From positions 1,568,001-1,632,000 of the forward strand of contig OZ244561.1 of assembly GCA_965217585.1 (NCBI GenBank): DNA of 64,000 nt, in the 5' to 3' direction. This DNA comes from Candidatus Latescibacterota bacterium (lineage in GTDB: Bacteria > Latescibacterota > UBA2968 > UBA8231). Under the pieces are notes generated by a model. It saw only the letters and a program-made list of their open reading frames with translations. It was not told the DNA's origin and searched no databases. Every line of letters begins with the position of its first letter. Within the stretch, counting starts at the first letter, position 1. The position numbers and the translations under genes are program-made. Shown here one piece after another: positions 18,221-28,606 of this stretch.

Positions 18221-19705
18221 ATGATCCAACAACGCATCCCCGATCCCTGTGCCCTCGTCATCTTCGGTGCCTCGGGCGACCTGACCCGGCGCAAACTGGT
18301 GCCGGCTATCTGGCACTTGCAACACCAAGGTCGCCTGCCCCAAGCCTTTCACCTAGTGGGCGTAGCCCGCCGCGCCTGGGACGACGACCTCTTTCGCCAA
18401 AAGATGCGGGAGTCCTTGGCCGAATTCGTCGGCCCGCTCGACGATAGCGCGCGCGACGCCTTCCTCGCCAAGTTCCACTACGTGCGCGGCGACCCGGGCG
18501 ACCCGGTGACCTACGCCGCGCTCAAAGCACGACTCGAAACCCTCGACCGCGAATGCGGCACCGAGGGCAATCGCTGCTTTTACTGCTCGGTGCCGCCGCA
18601 GATATACCTCGACATCGTCGAGCAGCTAGGGCGCGCCGGCCTCAGCTACCAACACCGAGACCACCAAGGCTGGTGCCGGATCATCGTCGAAAAGCCCTTT
18701 GGCCACGACCACGACTCGGCCCGCGAACTCAACCAAGCCCTGCATTCGGTCTTTGTCGAAGAGCAGATTTACCGCATCGACCACTACCTCGGCAAGGAGA
18801 CCGTGCAGAACATCCTCGTCTTTCGCCTCGGCAATTCAATTTTTGAGCCACTGTGGAACAGGCGCTACGTCGATCACGTGCAGATCACCGCGGCCGAGCG
18901 CGTCGGCGTGGAGCACCGCGCTGGCTACTACGACCAATCGGGTGCCTTGCGCGACATGATCCAAAACCACCTCTTGCAGGTTCTCTGCGTCATTGCCATG
19001 GAGCCACCTTCCTCGTTTGACGCCGAGAGCGTGCGCCTCGAAAAGCTCAAGGTGCTCAAGGCGATCCGCTCCATCCGCATCGGTCAAGTTGACCGCTATG
19101 CGGTCCGCGGCCAATACGGACCCGGTGAGAACGCGCCGGGCTACCTGCAGGAACAAGACGTGCCCCCCAACTCGCGCACCGAGACCTTCGCCGCCCTCGA
19201 ATTCACTGTGGACAACTGGCGCTGGCAAGGGGTGCCGTTCTACGTGCGCACGGGCAAGCGCATGGCCAAGCGCACCAGCACGATCACCCTGCAATTCCAC
19301 CAGCCTCCACACCTGATTTTCTCCCGAGCCGACGCCCTATCCCCCAGCACCCTCACCATCCGCATCCAACCCGAAGAGGGCATCTCGCTTTCCTTCAACG
19401 GCAAGATCCCCGGTCCCGATGTCAACTTAGGCACCGTCAACATGGACTTCAGCTACGCCGATTCGTTCGGCGGACGCACGCCCGAAGCTTACGAGACCCT
19501 GATCCTCGACTGCCTGCTCGGCGACGCGACTCTCTACTCAGACAGCGATTGGATCGAGCAGTCGTGGGCACTCCTAACGCCCATCCTCGACGCTTGGCAA
19601 GCACCTTCATCGGGCGAGGTGCCGTCCTATCCGGTCGGTGCCGCCGGCCCCGAGGAAGCCAACGATCTGCTCGGGGAGGCTTGGAGAAAGTGGGCACCCC
19701 TGTGA
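18221..19705 (+). CDS. zwf: Glucose-6-phosphate 1-dehydrogenase
   Basis: GASGDL, EKPFG, RIDHYLGKETVQN, RWQGVPF. Confidence 0.97.
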   Translation: MIQQRIPDPCALVIFGASGDLTRRKLVPAIWHLQHQGRLPQAFHLVGVARRAWDDDLFRQKMRESLAEFVGPLDDSARDAFLAKFHYVRGDPGDPVTYAALKARLETLDRECGTEGNRCFYCSVPPQIYLDIVEQLGRAGLSYQHRDHQGWCRIIVEKPFGHDHDSARELNQALHSVFVEEQIYRIDHYLGKETVQNILVFRLGNSIFEPLWNRRYVDHVQITAAERVGVEHRAGYYDQSGALRDMIQNHLLQVLCVIAMEPPSSFDAESVRLEKLKVLKAIRSIRIGQVDRYAVRGQYGPGENAPGYLQEQDVPPNSRTETFAALEFTVDNWRWQGVPFYVRTGKRMAKRTSTITLQFHQPPHLIFSRADALSPSTLTIRIQPEEGISLSFNGKIPGPDVNLGTVNMDFSYADSFGGRTPEAYETLILDCLLGDATLYSDSDWIEQSWALLTPILDAWQAPSSGEVPSYPVGAAGPEEANDLLGEAWRKWAPL

Positions 19706-20676
19706 TCATCGCCGGTGATGTCGGCGGCACCAAAACGTACCTCGCCGCTTTTGACCCAGCCGCCCAAGGCTTTGACCCCCTCGTCGAACGGCGCTACCAA
19801 ACTGCGTCCTACTCCAGCGCCGGTGCGCTGCTCAAAGCCTTCGCCGACGAGACGCAGATCGATCCCAGCCGCACGGTCTTAGGCGTACCCGGCCCCGTCC
19901 ATCAGCTTCCCGTTCGCGCCGTCAATCTGCCCTGGCTCATCGACCCCAGCGAAATTTCGGCGGTACTCAACGGCACCGAAGTACATCTGCTCAACGACCT
20001 GCAAGCGACTTCCTACGGCACCTTGGTGTTGGAGCCGGACGACCTGTGTCCGCTCAACCAAGGTCAGCGTGACCCCAAGGGTAACATCGCCGTCATCGCC
20101 GCCGGCACCGGGCTAGGTGAGGGGGGCTTGTGCTGGACCGAGGGCCGCTACGCAGCCATCGCCTCTGAGGGAGGACACGCGACCTTCGGTCCTAGTTCCG
20201 CGCTTGAAGTCGAGCTTTGGCGTTTCCTCAACGAGCGCTATGGCCACGTTAGCTGGGAACGGGTCGTCTCGGGCCAGGGCTTGGCCGCAATCTACGACTT
20301 CCTGTGCAAACGACATCCCGACCGCGCCGACGCTTCTCTGGCCCCCGAGGCAGAACAGCCCGACCGCGCCGATGCCATCGCTCGCGCCGGTCTCGAAAGC
20401 CACTCTGCGCTGGCCGTAGCGGCCCTCGACCTCTTCGCGCTCCTCTACGGTCGCGAAGCGGGGAACTTGGCGCTGAAGCTGATGTCTTCGGGGGGGGGTT
20501 TCGTCGGCGGCGGCATCGCGCCCAAGATCCTCGCCAAGCTGCGCGACGGCCGCTTTATGGAGGGCTTTATGGACAAAGGCCGCATGGGCGAGCCGCTAGC
20601 GGCCATTCCCGTCCACGTCGTGCTCAACGACAAGACCGCGCTGCTGGGTGCCGCCTATTGGGGGGCGCAGTTTTAG
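19702..20676 (+). CDS. glk: Glucokinase
   Basis: GDVGGTKT, LLND, GTGLG, SEGGH, ERVVSG.G; GTG start overlaps the zwf stop. Confidence 0.93.
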   Translation: MIIAGDVGGTKTYLAAFDPAAQGFDPLVERRYQTASYSSAGALLKAFADETQIDPSRTVLGVPGPVHQLPVRAVNLPWLIDPSEISAVLNGTEVHLLNDLQATSYGTLVLEPDDLCPLNQGQRDPKGNIAVIAAGTGLGEGGLCWTEGRYAAIASEGGHATFGPSSALEVELWRFLNERYGHVSWERVVSGQGLAAIYDFLCKRHPDRADASLAPEAEQPDRADAIARAGLESHSALAVAALDLFALLYGREAGNLALKLMSSGGGFVGGGIAPKILAKLRDGRFMEGFMDKGRMGEPLAAIPVHVVLNDKTALLGAAYWGAQF

Positions 20677-20680
20677 TCTG

Positions 20681-21880
20681 CTAGCCGAGCAATTCCCTGA
20701 GCCGTCGGGCGATCTGTTCAGGCTCGCCCTCCTTGAGACACATCGGCCCAAAAATCACCGCACCTTCGTAAACATCGGTCGGGTTAGCGGCGATCTGCGG
20801 TCGGCCTTCCTGTAGCGCCTTAACCAGTTCCAGCGCCGTCATGCCTGCGCCTTCCTCGTCGAGTACCAGCCGCGCGGTCGGAATCTCGACGCGCTTGCGG
20901 TCGGCTACCACCGCGATCTCGGCGTGTCGCAGCACTCCACACGCGGCGACCAGTTCCTCCATCAGCGCAGACCAGCGCCGCCGTCGCGCCGCCGGGTCCT
21001 CGGCGACAAAAAGACGCAGTGCCTTCACCAAACCCGCGATCTCTTCCTTGCCGACCTTGCAAGGCCGCCCAATGCCATGCTGTGGGGCACCGGGTAGCTG
21101 CGACTTATCGATCAAACTCGCCGGTGGTTCCCACAGCTCGGGCATCACGTCGAGGTCCTGGTGTTGCAGCGCTGCCGAGGCGATCAAATCCCGCCGCCCG
21201 CACAAAATCCCCGAAGCTTGCGGCCCGCCTATGGTCTTGCCACCGCTAAAGGCAACCAGATCGGCTCCGGTGGCAATGAAGCGCTGCAAGTTGCTCGCCG
21301 GCGGGAGCTGACCGGCTGCATCCACAATCACCGGCACGCCGCCCTTGCGCGCCGCAGCCACCACCTCCTCCAGCGACGGCTGCGTGTGCGCGTATGCCAC
21401 GTACACGATCGCTGCCGTCCGCTCGCTGATCGCCGCCTCGATCTCCCATCCTTCCGCATCGCGCACTCCGGCCCCGGAAAAGCGGTCGGCAATCCCCACT
21501 TCCACCAACTCAATCCCCACCGAACGCACCGCGTGGTCGTAGAAGTTCCGGTGGCTGCGCGCCATGATCACTTCGCTCTTCATCCCGGACGTATCCGGCA
21601 AGCGGTTCATCTTCCCTGGGTCCAATCCGGTCACACAAGCCGCCGTCCCTAGCAACAAACCCGCCGCCGCCCCGCTCGTCACATACCCGGCCTCCGCGCC
21701 GGTGATCTCGGCGATAATCTCCCCAGCCCGCGCCTGCATCTGCGCTATATCCACGCAGCGCTCCGAAGCCTGCCGCATCGCCTCGGCCACCTCCGGGTGC
21801 ATGATCGACCCGCTCAATCGCGTCGCCGGTCCCACGGCGTTGATAATGGGATCGACGCCTAGTTCTTGATATATGTCCAT
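20681..21880 (-). CDS. SelA/DgaE-like PLP-dependent enzyme (not canonical SelA)
   Basis: INAVGPATRLSGS, VTSGAAAG, VDAAG, FSGGK.IGGPQ, GRPCKVGKEE. Confidence 0.85.
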   Translation of the reverse strand: MDIYQELGVDPIINAVGPATRLSGSIMHPEVAEAMRQASERCVDIAQMQARAGEIIAEITGAEAGYVTSGAAAGLLLGTAACVTGLDPGKMNRLPDTSGMKSEVIMARSHRNFYDHAVRSVGIELVEVGIADRFSGAGVRDAEGWEIEAAISERTAAIVYVAYAHTQPSLEEVVAAARKGGVPVIVDAAGQLPPASNLQRFIATGADLVAFSGGKTIGGPQASGILCGRRDLIASAALQHQDLDVMPELWEPPASLIDKSQLPGAPQHGIGRPCKVGKEEIAGLVKALRLFVAEDPAARRRRWSALMEELVAACGVLRHAEIAVVADRKRVEIPTARLVLDEEGAGMTALELVKALQEGRPQIAANPTDVYEGAVIFGPMCLKEGEPEQIARRLRELLG

Positions 21881-21882
21881 TT

Positions 21883-23202
21883 TTAGAGCGGCCTTCCCCC
21901 GCCGTCGTAGAGTAAGCCAGGTGCCGGAAAACGGGCGCAGAGTGCCCGCACTTCAGCTGCCACTTCGGCGTACTCCGCTTTCCGGTCGTCGAGTTCCAGC
22001 GCTTTATTGGCCCGCACCTCGGCCACCCGCTCCATCCACTCGGCCAACTGTCTCATCTCCTCGGTGCCAAAGCCCCGGCTGGTAATCGCCGGCGTGCCGA
22101 TGCGGATGCCGCTGGGCTTGCGCGCCGGCCGCGGATCAAAGGGCACGCGATTGAAATTGCAGACGATACCCGCCGCGTCCAGCGCCTTGGCCATCGCATA
22201 ACCCGTAATGCCTTTATCGGTCATGTCCATGAGGATCAGGTGGTTGTCGGTGCCGCCCGAGCTGAGGGCAAAACCGCGCGCCGACAGGGCGACGGCCAAG
22301 GTCTGGGCATTGGCGACGATCTGTTGGGCATACCGCTTAAACTCCTCGCTCATCGCCTCCTTGAGCGCGACTGCAATCGCCGCCGTGGTGTTGTTGTGCG
22401 GCCCGCCCTGCAACCCTGGGAACACCGCCTTATCGAGGGCCTCAGCGTACTGCGCCCGGCATAAGATCATCCCGCCGCGCGGCCCCCGCAGCGACTTGTG
22501 AGTTGTGGTCGTTACCACATCCACGTGCGGCACGGGGCTGGGATGCACCCCGGCGACCACCAACCCGGCAATATGCGCCATATCGGCGACCACGATGGCC
22601 CCCACGGAATGCCCGATCTCGGCAAAGCGCGCAAAGTCAATGATGCGCGGATAGGCCGTGCCCCCGCAGAAGATCAGCTTGGGCCGGTGCTCTTTGGCCA
22701 GCGCTTCGACTTGGTCGAAGTCGATCTGGCCGGTGTCCCGGCACACCCCGTATTGCACGGACTTGTAGTGCATCCCCGAGATACTGACCCGGTCGCCGTG
22801 CGTCAGGTGGCCTCCGTGCGCCAGCGCCAAGCCCATGACCGTATCGCCCGGCGCGCACAAGCCGACGTACACGGCCTGATTGGCCGGCGAGCCCGAATAG
22901 GGCTGCACATTGACGTGCTGGGCACCAAAAACCTCCTTGGCGCGCTCGACGCAAAGCCGCTCGATCTTGTCGATTTCTCGCTGGCCCTCGTAGTAGCGCA
23001 CGCCTGCGTATCCTTCGGAGTACTTATTCGTCAGGATTGAACCGCTGGCTTCGAGTACGGCTTGACTGGCGTAATTTTCAGATGGGATCAGGCGAATTTT
23101 ATTGTGCTGACGTCTGTTTTCAGCGCGAATGATGGCCTCGACTTCTGGGTCCACTGTCGCCAGCGTCCCCGCGATTTCGGGCTGCACCGCCACTACTTCC
23201 AT
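21883..23202 (-). CDS. glyA: Serine hydroxymethyltransferase
   Basis: LIPSEN, NKYSEGY, GGHLTHG, TTTHKSLRGPRGG, QGGP. Confidence 0.97.
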   Translation of the reverse strand: MEVVAVQPEIAGTLATVDPEVEAIIRAENRRQHNKIRLIPSENYASQAVLEASGSILTNKYSEGYAGVRYYEGQREIDKIERLCVERAKEVFGAQHVNVQPYSGSPANQAVYVGLCAPGDTVMGLALAHGGHLTHGDRVSISGMHYKSVQYGVCRDTGQIDFDQVEALAKEHRPKLIFCGGTAYPRIIDFARFAEIGHSVGAIVVADMAHIAGLVVAGVHPSPVPHVDVVTTTTHKSLRGPRGGMILCRAQYAEALDKAVFPGLQGGPHNNTTAAIAVALKEAMSEEFKRYAQQIVANAQTLAVALSARGFALSSGGTDNHLILMDMTDKGITGYAMAKALDAAGIVCNFNRVPFDPRPARKPSGIRIGTPAITSRGFGTEEMRQLAEWMERVAEVRANKALELDDRKAEYAEVAAEVRALCARFPAPGLLYDGGGRPL

Positions 23203-23279
23203 TGGTTTTGTTCTCCCCAGCGCGTTTGTTTGTTAATTTTGGTGTAAATAGCTCACAAAAACTACGCCGGGACATTTCT

Positions 23280-24848
23280 ATGAGCAAGTATTTGGGCATT
23301 GACTCTAGCACCCAATCCATCACCGGTCTGCTCATCGACGCGGAGCAGCGCACCATCGTCGCCGAAGCGTCCATCAACTTCGACGAGCACTTCAAAGCCA
23401 CGTATGGGGTCGTCAACGGCGTCTTCGATCTCGGCGAGGGCGCGGTCCACAGTGCACCTCTAATGTGGGCCGAAGCGCTGGACCTGCTCCTGCAAACGCT
23501 CGCCAACCAAGGCCACGATCTCGGTGCAGTGCGGGCTGTCGCCGGCAGCGGCCAGCAGCACGGCACCGTCTATCTCAACGCCAGCGCCGGCCCAGCCCTA
23601 GCGCGCCTGTCGCTCGGCCAGCCGCTCAAGGACCAGCTCGCCGCCATCTTCGCTCGCCCAACTTCTCCCATCTGGATGGACACTTCCACGGCCTCGCAAT
23701 GCGCCGAGATCGAAGCGGGCGTCGGCGGGCGCGCAAGCCTGCTCGCACTCACGGGCAACGCGGCCTTTGAGCGCTTCAGCGGCCCGCAGATCCGCAAGTT
23801 TTACCAAACCGAACCCGCTGCTTACGCCGACACTACCTACATCGGCTTGGTCAGCTCCTATGTCGCCAGCCTGCTCGCAGGACAGCTCGTCGGCGTTGAT
23901 CCCGGCGATGGCAGCGGCACCAACATGATGGACATTGCCGCTCGCCAGTGGAGTGCGCTCGCGCTCGACGCTACGGCTCCCGGCCTAGCCGCCAAACTCC
24001 TGCCCATCGCCCCCTCGGGCCAGCCCGTCGGCCCCATCAGCCCTTATTATGTGGGTCGCTACGGCTTTGCGGACGACTGCCTCGTGTTGCCCTTTTCGGG
24101 CGACAATCCGTGCAGCCTCATCGGTCTCGGCCTCGTCGTCCCGGGGCAAGTCGCCCTGAGCTTGGGCACTTCGGACACCCTGTTTGCCTGCATGGACCAG
24201 CCGCGTACCTCCGCGGCTGGCGAGGGTGCGGTCTTCGCCTCGCCCGACGGCACGCACTACATGGCCCTGACTTGCTATCTCAACGGCAGCTTGGCCCGCG
24301 AGGCCGTGCGCGACCAATACGGCATGGACTGGCAGCAGTTTACCCAAGCCTTACACGCCACGCCGCCGGGCAACAACGGCGCGCTCATGCTCCCTTACTT
24401 CGCGCCGGAAATCGTCCCCAAAGTCCCCCGGTCCAACGTCGTCCGCCAAAACCTCGACCCCACCGATGCGCCGGCCAATGTCCGCGCCGTCATCGAGGCT
24501 CAAGCCCTTTCCTCGCGCATCCACGCGCGTTGGATGGGTGTGGACATTTCCTCGCTCTACGTCACCGGCGGCGCATCGGCCAACGCCGAAATCCTGCGCG
24601 TCTTCGCCAACGTCCACAACTGCCCGGTCCACCGCTTCGAGACGACCAATTCAGCGGCCCTAGGCGCAGCCTTGCGCGCCGCCCACGCCCACCAATCCTC
24701 AGCCGGCCATGCGCCTTCGTGGGCGGAAGTTGTCGAGCCATTCGCGCAGCCGGTCGCCGGATCAACGATTGAGCCAGAACCAAGGGCCGTAGCCGCATAC
24801 GACGAACTCATCGGCCAGTACGCCGCTTTAGAGCAAGCGCACACTTAG
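23280..24848 (+). CDS. xylB: FGGY carbohydrate kinase, eukaryote-type xylulokinase-like
   Basis: LGIDSSTQS, GSGQQHG, SPIWMD, ERFSGPQIRK, GDNP, SLGTSDT, NGSLARE. Confidence 0.8.
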   Translation: MSKYLGIDSSTQSITGLLIDAEQRTIVAEASINFDEHFKATYGVVNGVFDLGEGAVHSAPLMWAEALDLLLQTLANQGHDLGAVRAVAGSGQQHGTVYLNASAGPALARLSLGQPLKDQLAAIFARPTSPIWMDTSTASQCAEIEAGVGGRASLLALTGNAAFERFSGPQIRKFYQTEPAAYADTTYIGLVSSYVASLLAGQLVGVDPGDGSGTNMMDIAARQWSALALDATAPGLAAKLLPIAPSGQPVGPISPYYVGRYGFADDCLVLPFSGDNPCSLIGLGLVVPGQVALSLGTSDTLFACMDQPRTSAAGEGAVFASPDGTHYMALTCYLNGSLAREAVRDQYGMDWQQFTQALHATPPGNNGALMLPYFAPEIVPKVPRSNVVRQNLDPTDAPANVRAVIEAQALSSRIHARWMGVDISSLYVTGGASANAEILRVFANVHNCPVHRFETTNSAALGAALRAAHAHQSSAGHAPSWAEVVEPFAQPVAGSTIEPEPRAVAAYDELIGQYAALEQAHT

Positions 24849-24972
24849 GGCGCGGTCCGACGCAAAAAGATCGGGTTATATGCGTAGGCCCGTTGGCGTC
24901 TGGGAGTCGCCAGCGAAGACTGCTAGCAGCCCGACCGCCGCTGAGACAAGCAATTACAGGAAAGGATGAACA

Positions 24973-25884
24973 ATGACGCGATTTGACGACATGAAGGGGG
25001 TCTTCGGACTGCTGCCGACCCCGTACAGGGACGACCTCGAGATCCACATCGACGACCTGAAGAAGGTGGCCAACTTCTGCTGCGAGAGCGGCCAGCACGG
25101 CATCGTCTGGCCGGTTATGGTCGGGGAGTTTTGGTTTTTGGGCGAGGAAGAACGGGTCCGGGGGCTAGACGCGGTGCTGGAGGAGGTCAACGGCCGCCTG
25201 CCCGTGGTCTTCGGCTGTTCTGGGATCTCGGTGCCGCAGGTGCTGCTCTATGCGCGGGCGGCGCAAAAAGCCGGGGTGGATTCGATTATCGCCATGACGC
25301 CGGCGCGCACCGACCCCGCCACGGCGATGGACATGTACCGGCGGTTGGCTGGGGTGTTCGACGGGCCGATCATGGTGCAGAACGCCGATATGTACGCGCC
25401 GTTGCGCGGCGAGCAGGTGGCGCAATTGGTCGACGAGATCCCGCAGGTCGAATACGTCAAGGAGGAGCGGCAGCCCGGCCCTAAGCACATCGCCGAGGTG
25501 GCCGAGATGGTCGGCGACCGGGTCAAGTGCATCTTCGGCGGGGCAGCGGGCAAGTTTTTGCCCGACGAGATGCGCCGCGGCGCCAATGGCAATATGCCAG
25601 CCTGCGAACTGGCCGATGTGCTGGCCAAAATCACCGAGCTGTGGTGGGCCGGGCAGGAGGAGGATGCGCGCGCGATGCACCGCCGCCTGTTGCCGCTGAT
25701 CATTCTCGAAACCCACCCCTTTATGCGCTATATCCTCAAGCGCCGAGGGGTGTTCAGCACACTGGTGGAACGAGCACCAGCAGGCAAGCTGGCGCTGGAC
25801 GAGGGCGACAAGCAGGAGATCGCGACCCTGCTGGAAACCGTCGCGGAGGATATCGAGTCGTTTCCGATATTACCGGAGCACTAG
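24973..25884 (+). CDS. DHDPS/NAL-family class I aldolase
   Basis: LPTPY, VGEF..L..EER, YVKEE Schiff-base Lys; QN rather than YN; AGGA RBS. Confidence 0.85.
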   Translation: MTRFDDMKGVFGLLPTPYRDDLEIHIDDLKKVANFCCESGQHGIVWPVMVGEFWFLGEEERVRGLDAVLEEVNGRLPVVFGCSGISVPQVLLYARAAQKAGVDSIIAMTPARTDPATAMDMYRRLAGVFDGPIMVQNADMYAPLRGEQVAQLVDEIPQVEYVKEERQPGPKHIAEVAEMVGDRVKCIFGGAAGKFLPDEMRRGANGNMPACELADVLAKITELWWAGQEEDARAMHRRLLPLIILETHPFMRYILKRRGVFSTLVERAPAGKLALDEGDKQEIATLLETVAEDIESFPILPEH

Positions 25885-26020
25885 CGCGTGTCGTGCAGGT
25901 ATCCAACAATTGCGGTTCCTGGCTGCTCATATTCGATCCTGTTCGCAGCGACGGACCGTTGAGCTAGGCCGCTCCATCTTCGACTACCAAGTTGCGCCCA
26001 ACGGCTCGGAGAGATCACCT

Positions 26021-26869
26021 CTATGCCAATTCTGGGTATTGCGCCGCGTAGATCGTCAACTTCGTCGCCTCCCCGATTTGTTCCAATTCCGGCCGCCGCC
26101 CCGACAAGCGCAGGCTGTCGCGGACCAAATTCAAAAACCCCTCGCCCCGTGCTTCCAGAAAACTAGAGCCCGTAACCGGGCTTTCGTAGTAGCGCATAAA
26201 GCCGGTGAGAAACTGATTCCGGCGCGCCGGCTGACACCCGGCGTACAAATTTTCGATGGTCAATGTGTTGTAGAGCGCCCCGGGATTTTGGAACTCGATG
26301 CGGTCGGGGAACATGCGAATGATGATCTGCGATCCGGCGACTCCGTAGTCCCGATGAATGACGGCGTTTACGACGGCCTCTTGGAGTGCAGTGTCTATAT
26401 AGCTGGGGTAATCTCGCCGGCCGTCACCGCTTTTCCGCGATGCGATCGGCGTCAAAGGAGAGGCTTGGAAATACGACGCGATCTTGGCGATTTGCTCGGG
26501 TAAAGGCCCGGTGATTTGCCGGCTATCCACGGTGTTGCCGTCGGGAATGTCGTGGTTGTACACGGCCAGATCGATGTACGCGCCGGAAATGTACTGCTCG
26601 GGCTGCTTGGCAAACAGCAGGATGCCCAAGTGCGTCGGCGTGGCCCCCACCTCCGCGATCGCAGCGAGTTTGTGCGCCGCCAGCGTGGAAGCCCAGTCTT
26701 CTGGCGGGGACCAGTCGGGGAAGCGCCGACTGAAGTACTGTTCGAGTCGGGTTTTGTCCAAGTCGTCGAGACTGCTGCCGACTAGGGGGCGCACCTCAAG
26801 CGGGATAGCCAAGCGACTTTCCGTCAATCGGATGGATGAAATGAGTTGGGTTTTGTCGATCATGATCAA
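26021..26869 (-). CDS. RecG-C/HATPase_c_4-type ATP-binding protein lacking the usual N-terminal AlbA/Schlafen domain
   Basis: LDDLD, GILLF, ALQEAVVNAVIHRDY, DRIEFQNPG, RNQFL, EARGEG. Confidence 0.75.
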   Translation of the reverse strand: MIMIDKTQLISSIRLTESRLAIPLEVRPLVGSSLDDLDKTRLEQYFSRRFPDWSPPEDWASTLAAHKLAAIAEVGATPTHLGILLFAKQPEQYISGAYIDLAVYNHDIPDGNTVDSRQITGPLPEQIAKIASYFQASPLTPIASRKSGDGRRDYPSYIDTALQEAVVNAVIHRDYGVAGSQIIIRMFPDRIEFQNPGALYNTLTIENLYAGCQPARRNQFLTGFMRYYESPVTGSSFLEARGEGFLNLVRDSLRLSGRRPELEQIGEATKLTIYAAQYPELA

Positions 26870-27783
26870 TCCGCGTTTTTAAGCTGCTCCAGAATGTCCA
26901 TCCCCACCCGCTGACTCCACGCCTCCATCACTCGCCCGAACAGAGGGCCGGGCTTCCCGTCGCCAATCGGCGTATTGTTGATGCGCGTACACGGCGCTAG
27001 ACAATAGGGCGTGCTAGTCAACCAAGCCTCGTCGGCATTGACCGCGTCGTAGGGCTGCAATTCCTTCTCGACCCAACCCAACCCCAACTCGGGTGCCAAT
27101 TCCCGTAGCGTCACCAAGCTCACCCCTTCTAAGATATTGCGGCTGGTGGGCGTAAAGATCGCATCGTTTTCTACCACGACGAAGTTGGCCCCCGAGCACT
27201 CGGTGAGGTTGCCGTCCAAATCGAGCAGCAGCGAAGTGGCTGCGGGATCGACTGCCTGCGATTGCTTATCGGCCAGCCAATAGTGCAAGCGCGAGCGGTT
27301 TTTGGTCTTGGGGTCAACGCATTGGGGCGGCACGTGGCGGATGGAGGGCGTGACCGCGTGGACGCCCTGCTCAAAATAGGGCCGCCACACGGCAAAGGGC
27401 AGCGGAAAGGAGTGGATGCACAACGTGGGCGTCAGGCGCGCCGTTTTCCCAGCACTGCCAGCGTAGATCTGGTTTTCCCCCGGCGTTACAAAGTGGACGA
27501 TTCCCAAATCCTGCTCGGGATCTATCAGTTTGCTATTGGTCTCGATCAAGGTCCGCGTGCATTCGGCCAACCCCTCGTGGTCCAATGCCAGCTCAATGCC
27601 GGCGTACTTACACGACCGCAACAGCCGCCGCACGTGCTCCTCCAAGCGGAACGGTTGGTGCCTGAACGTGCGGGTCATTTCGGTCAGGGTGGCACCCAGT
27701 ACGATCCCCAAATCGTAGATCTTGAGATGGGCCTGGGAAGCGGGGACGAAGCCATCGTTGAGATAGACGACCGGTTCGTTCAT
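26866..27783 (-). CDS. Class IV PLP aminotransferase (IlvE/PabC-like)
   Basis: FRLEEHVRRL, KTKNRSRL, ECSGANF, ILEGVS, ADEAWLTST, IGDGKPG. Confidence 0.9.
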   Translation of the reverse strand: MNEPVVYLNDGFVPASQAHLKIYDLGIVLGATLTEMTRTFRHQPFRLEEHVRRLLRSCKYAGIELALDHEGLAECTRTLIETNSKLIDPEQDLGIVHFVTPGENQIYAGSAGKTARLTPTLCIHSFPLPFAVWRPYFEQGVHAVTPSIRHVPPQCVDPKTKNRSRLHYWLADKQSQAVDPAATSLLLDLDGNLTECSGANFVVVENDAIFTPTSRNILEGVSLVTLRELAPELGLGWVEKELQPYDAVNADEAWLTSTPYCLAPCTRINNTPIGDGKPGPLFGRVMEAWSQRVGMDILEQLKNAD

Positions 27784-28592
27784 AGCGCGTTACTCTCCTG
27801 TGAATTCAAGGCGGCACAGGCAGCGTAAAAATCGGCCGTCGAGGTAGAAAAACCATGCACCTGTTCGACCTCGCGCACGGCCAATTCCGTGGCCCACCGC
27901 GCCTTTAGGGTATCGGGAAATTCCACTCCTTCGGTGGCGTCGCGCACCAAAATGGTATTATAGCCCCGCCCGCGCATGGCGCGGATGCCGTAGTCGCGGC
28001 CCAAAATACACCAATTGGTCGCAAAGCCGGCGAAAAGCAAATGCATAATGCCGCGCTCATCGCACAAATCGTGCAGTTGCTGGCCCGTGCCGACGACGAA
28101 ATCGCCCTCCTCCACGGCGATATGGGGCGAAAGATCGAGTTGCCCGGTTAGGCTCTTCCAATAGGGACCAATGCCCGGCTCTTGGTCGCGCGGTCCCCGG
28201 AAACAGGCGTACGCTCCCTGCCGGTTGCGGAACTCAGTCGGCGGCCAACTCGGCGGCGGCCCCGGCTCAGGCTCAGGCGTGCAGCCTTGGTACACTTCGT
28301 ACTTATCCGGGAAATTGGCCAGCACTCCGGGACTAGGTGCCTGCACAATGGTCAGGCCGCACTTCCGCGCCCGCCCGATGAGCGGCGCAATCACTTCCTT
28401 GGTCACCGCCTCGGCGCGCTCGATCCAGCTATCGATGTGATGCACGTTCCACAGGTCGATCAGCACCAGCGCCGTCTGCCCGACCGGCAGGGGGAAGCCC
28501 AGTTCCCGCACGACGAAATTCTCTTCGCGGCAGGGCACGTCCGCGGGCGTGCTATCTTGGAAGTACTGCACTTTCAGTCGTAAAGTCTCCAT
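27780..28592 (-). CDS. Isochorismatase-family cysteine hydrolase
   Basis: TALVLIDLW, AGFATNWC, ILVRDAT; ATG 28592 with AGGAG RBS. Confidence 0.8.
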   Translation of the reverse strand: METLRLKVQYFQDSTPADVPCREENFVVRELGFPLPVGQTALVLIDLWNVHHIDSWIERAEAVTKEVIAPLIGRARKCGLTIVQAPSPGVLANFPDKYEVYQGCTPEPEPGPPPSWPPTEFRNRQGAYACFRGPRDQEPGIGPYWKSLTGQLDLSPHIAVEEGDFVVGTGQQLHDLCDERGIMHLLFAGFATNWCILGRDYGIRAMRGRGYNTILVRDATEGVEFPDTLKARWATELAVREVEQVHGFSTSTADFYAACAALNSQESNAL

Positions 28593-28606
28593 GGTCTCTC
28601 CTCTTA

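Noticed and set aside
20490-20498. G9 homopolymer in glk as a phase-variation tract
   Set aside because: In frame, encodes a Gly-rich conserved motif of a housekeeping enzyme; no evidence of switching
20681-21880. Selenocysteine synthase selA
   Set aside because: Shorter SelA-like/DgaE subfamily; no selB or selC and no in-frame TGA gene evident
23235-23262. CRP/Rex-like site (GTGTAAATAGCTCACAA) between glyA and xylB
   Set aside because: Left half-site and spacing fit neither consensus; too weak to call
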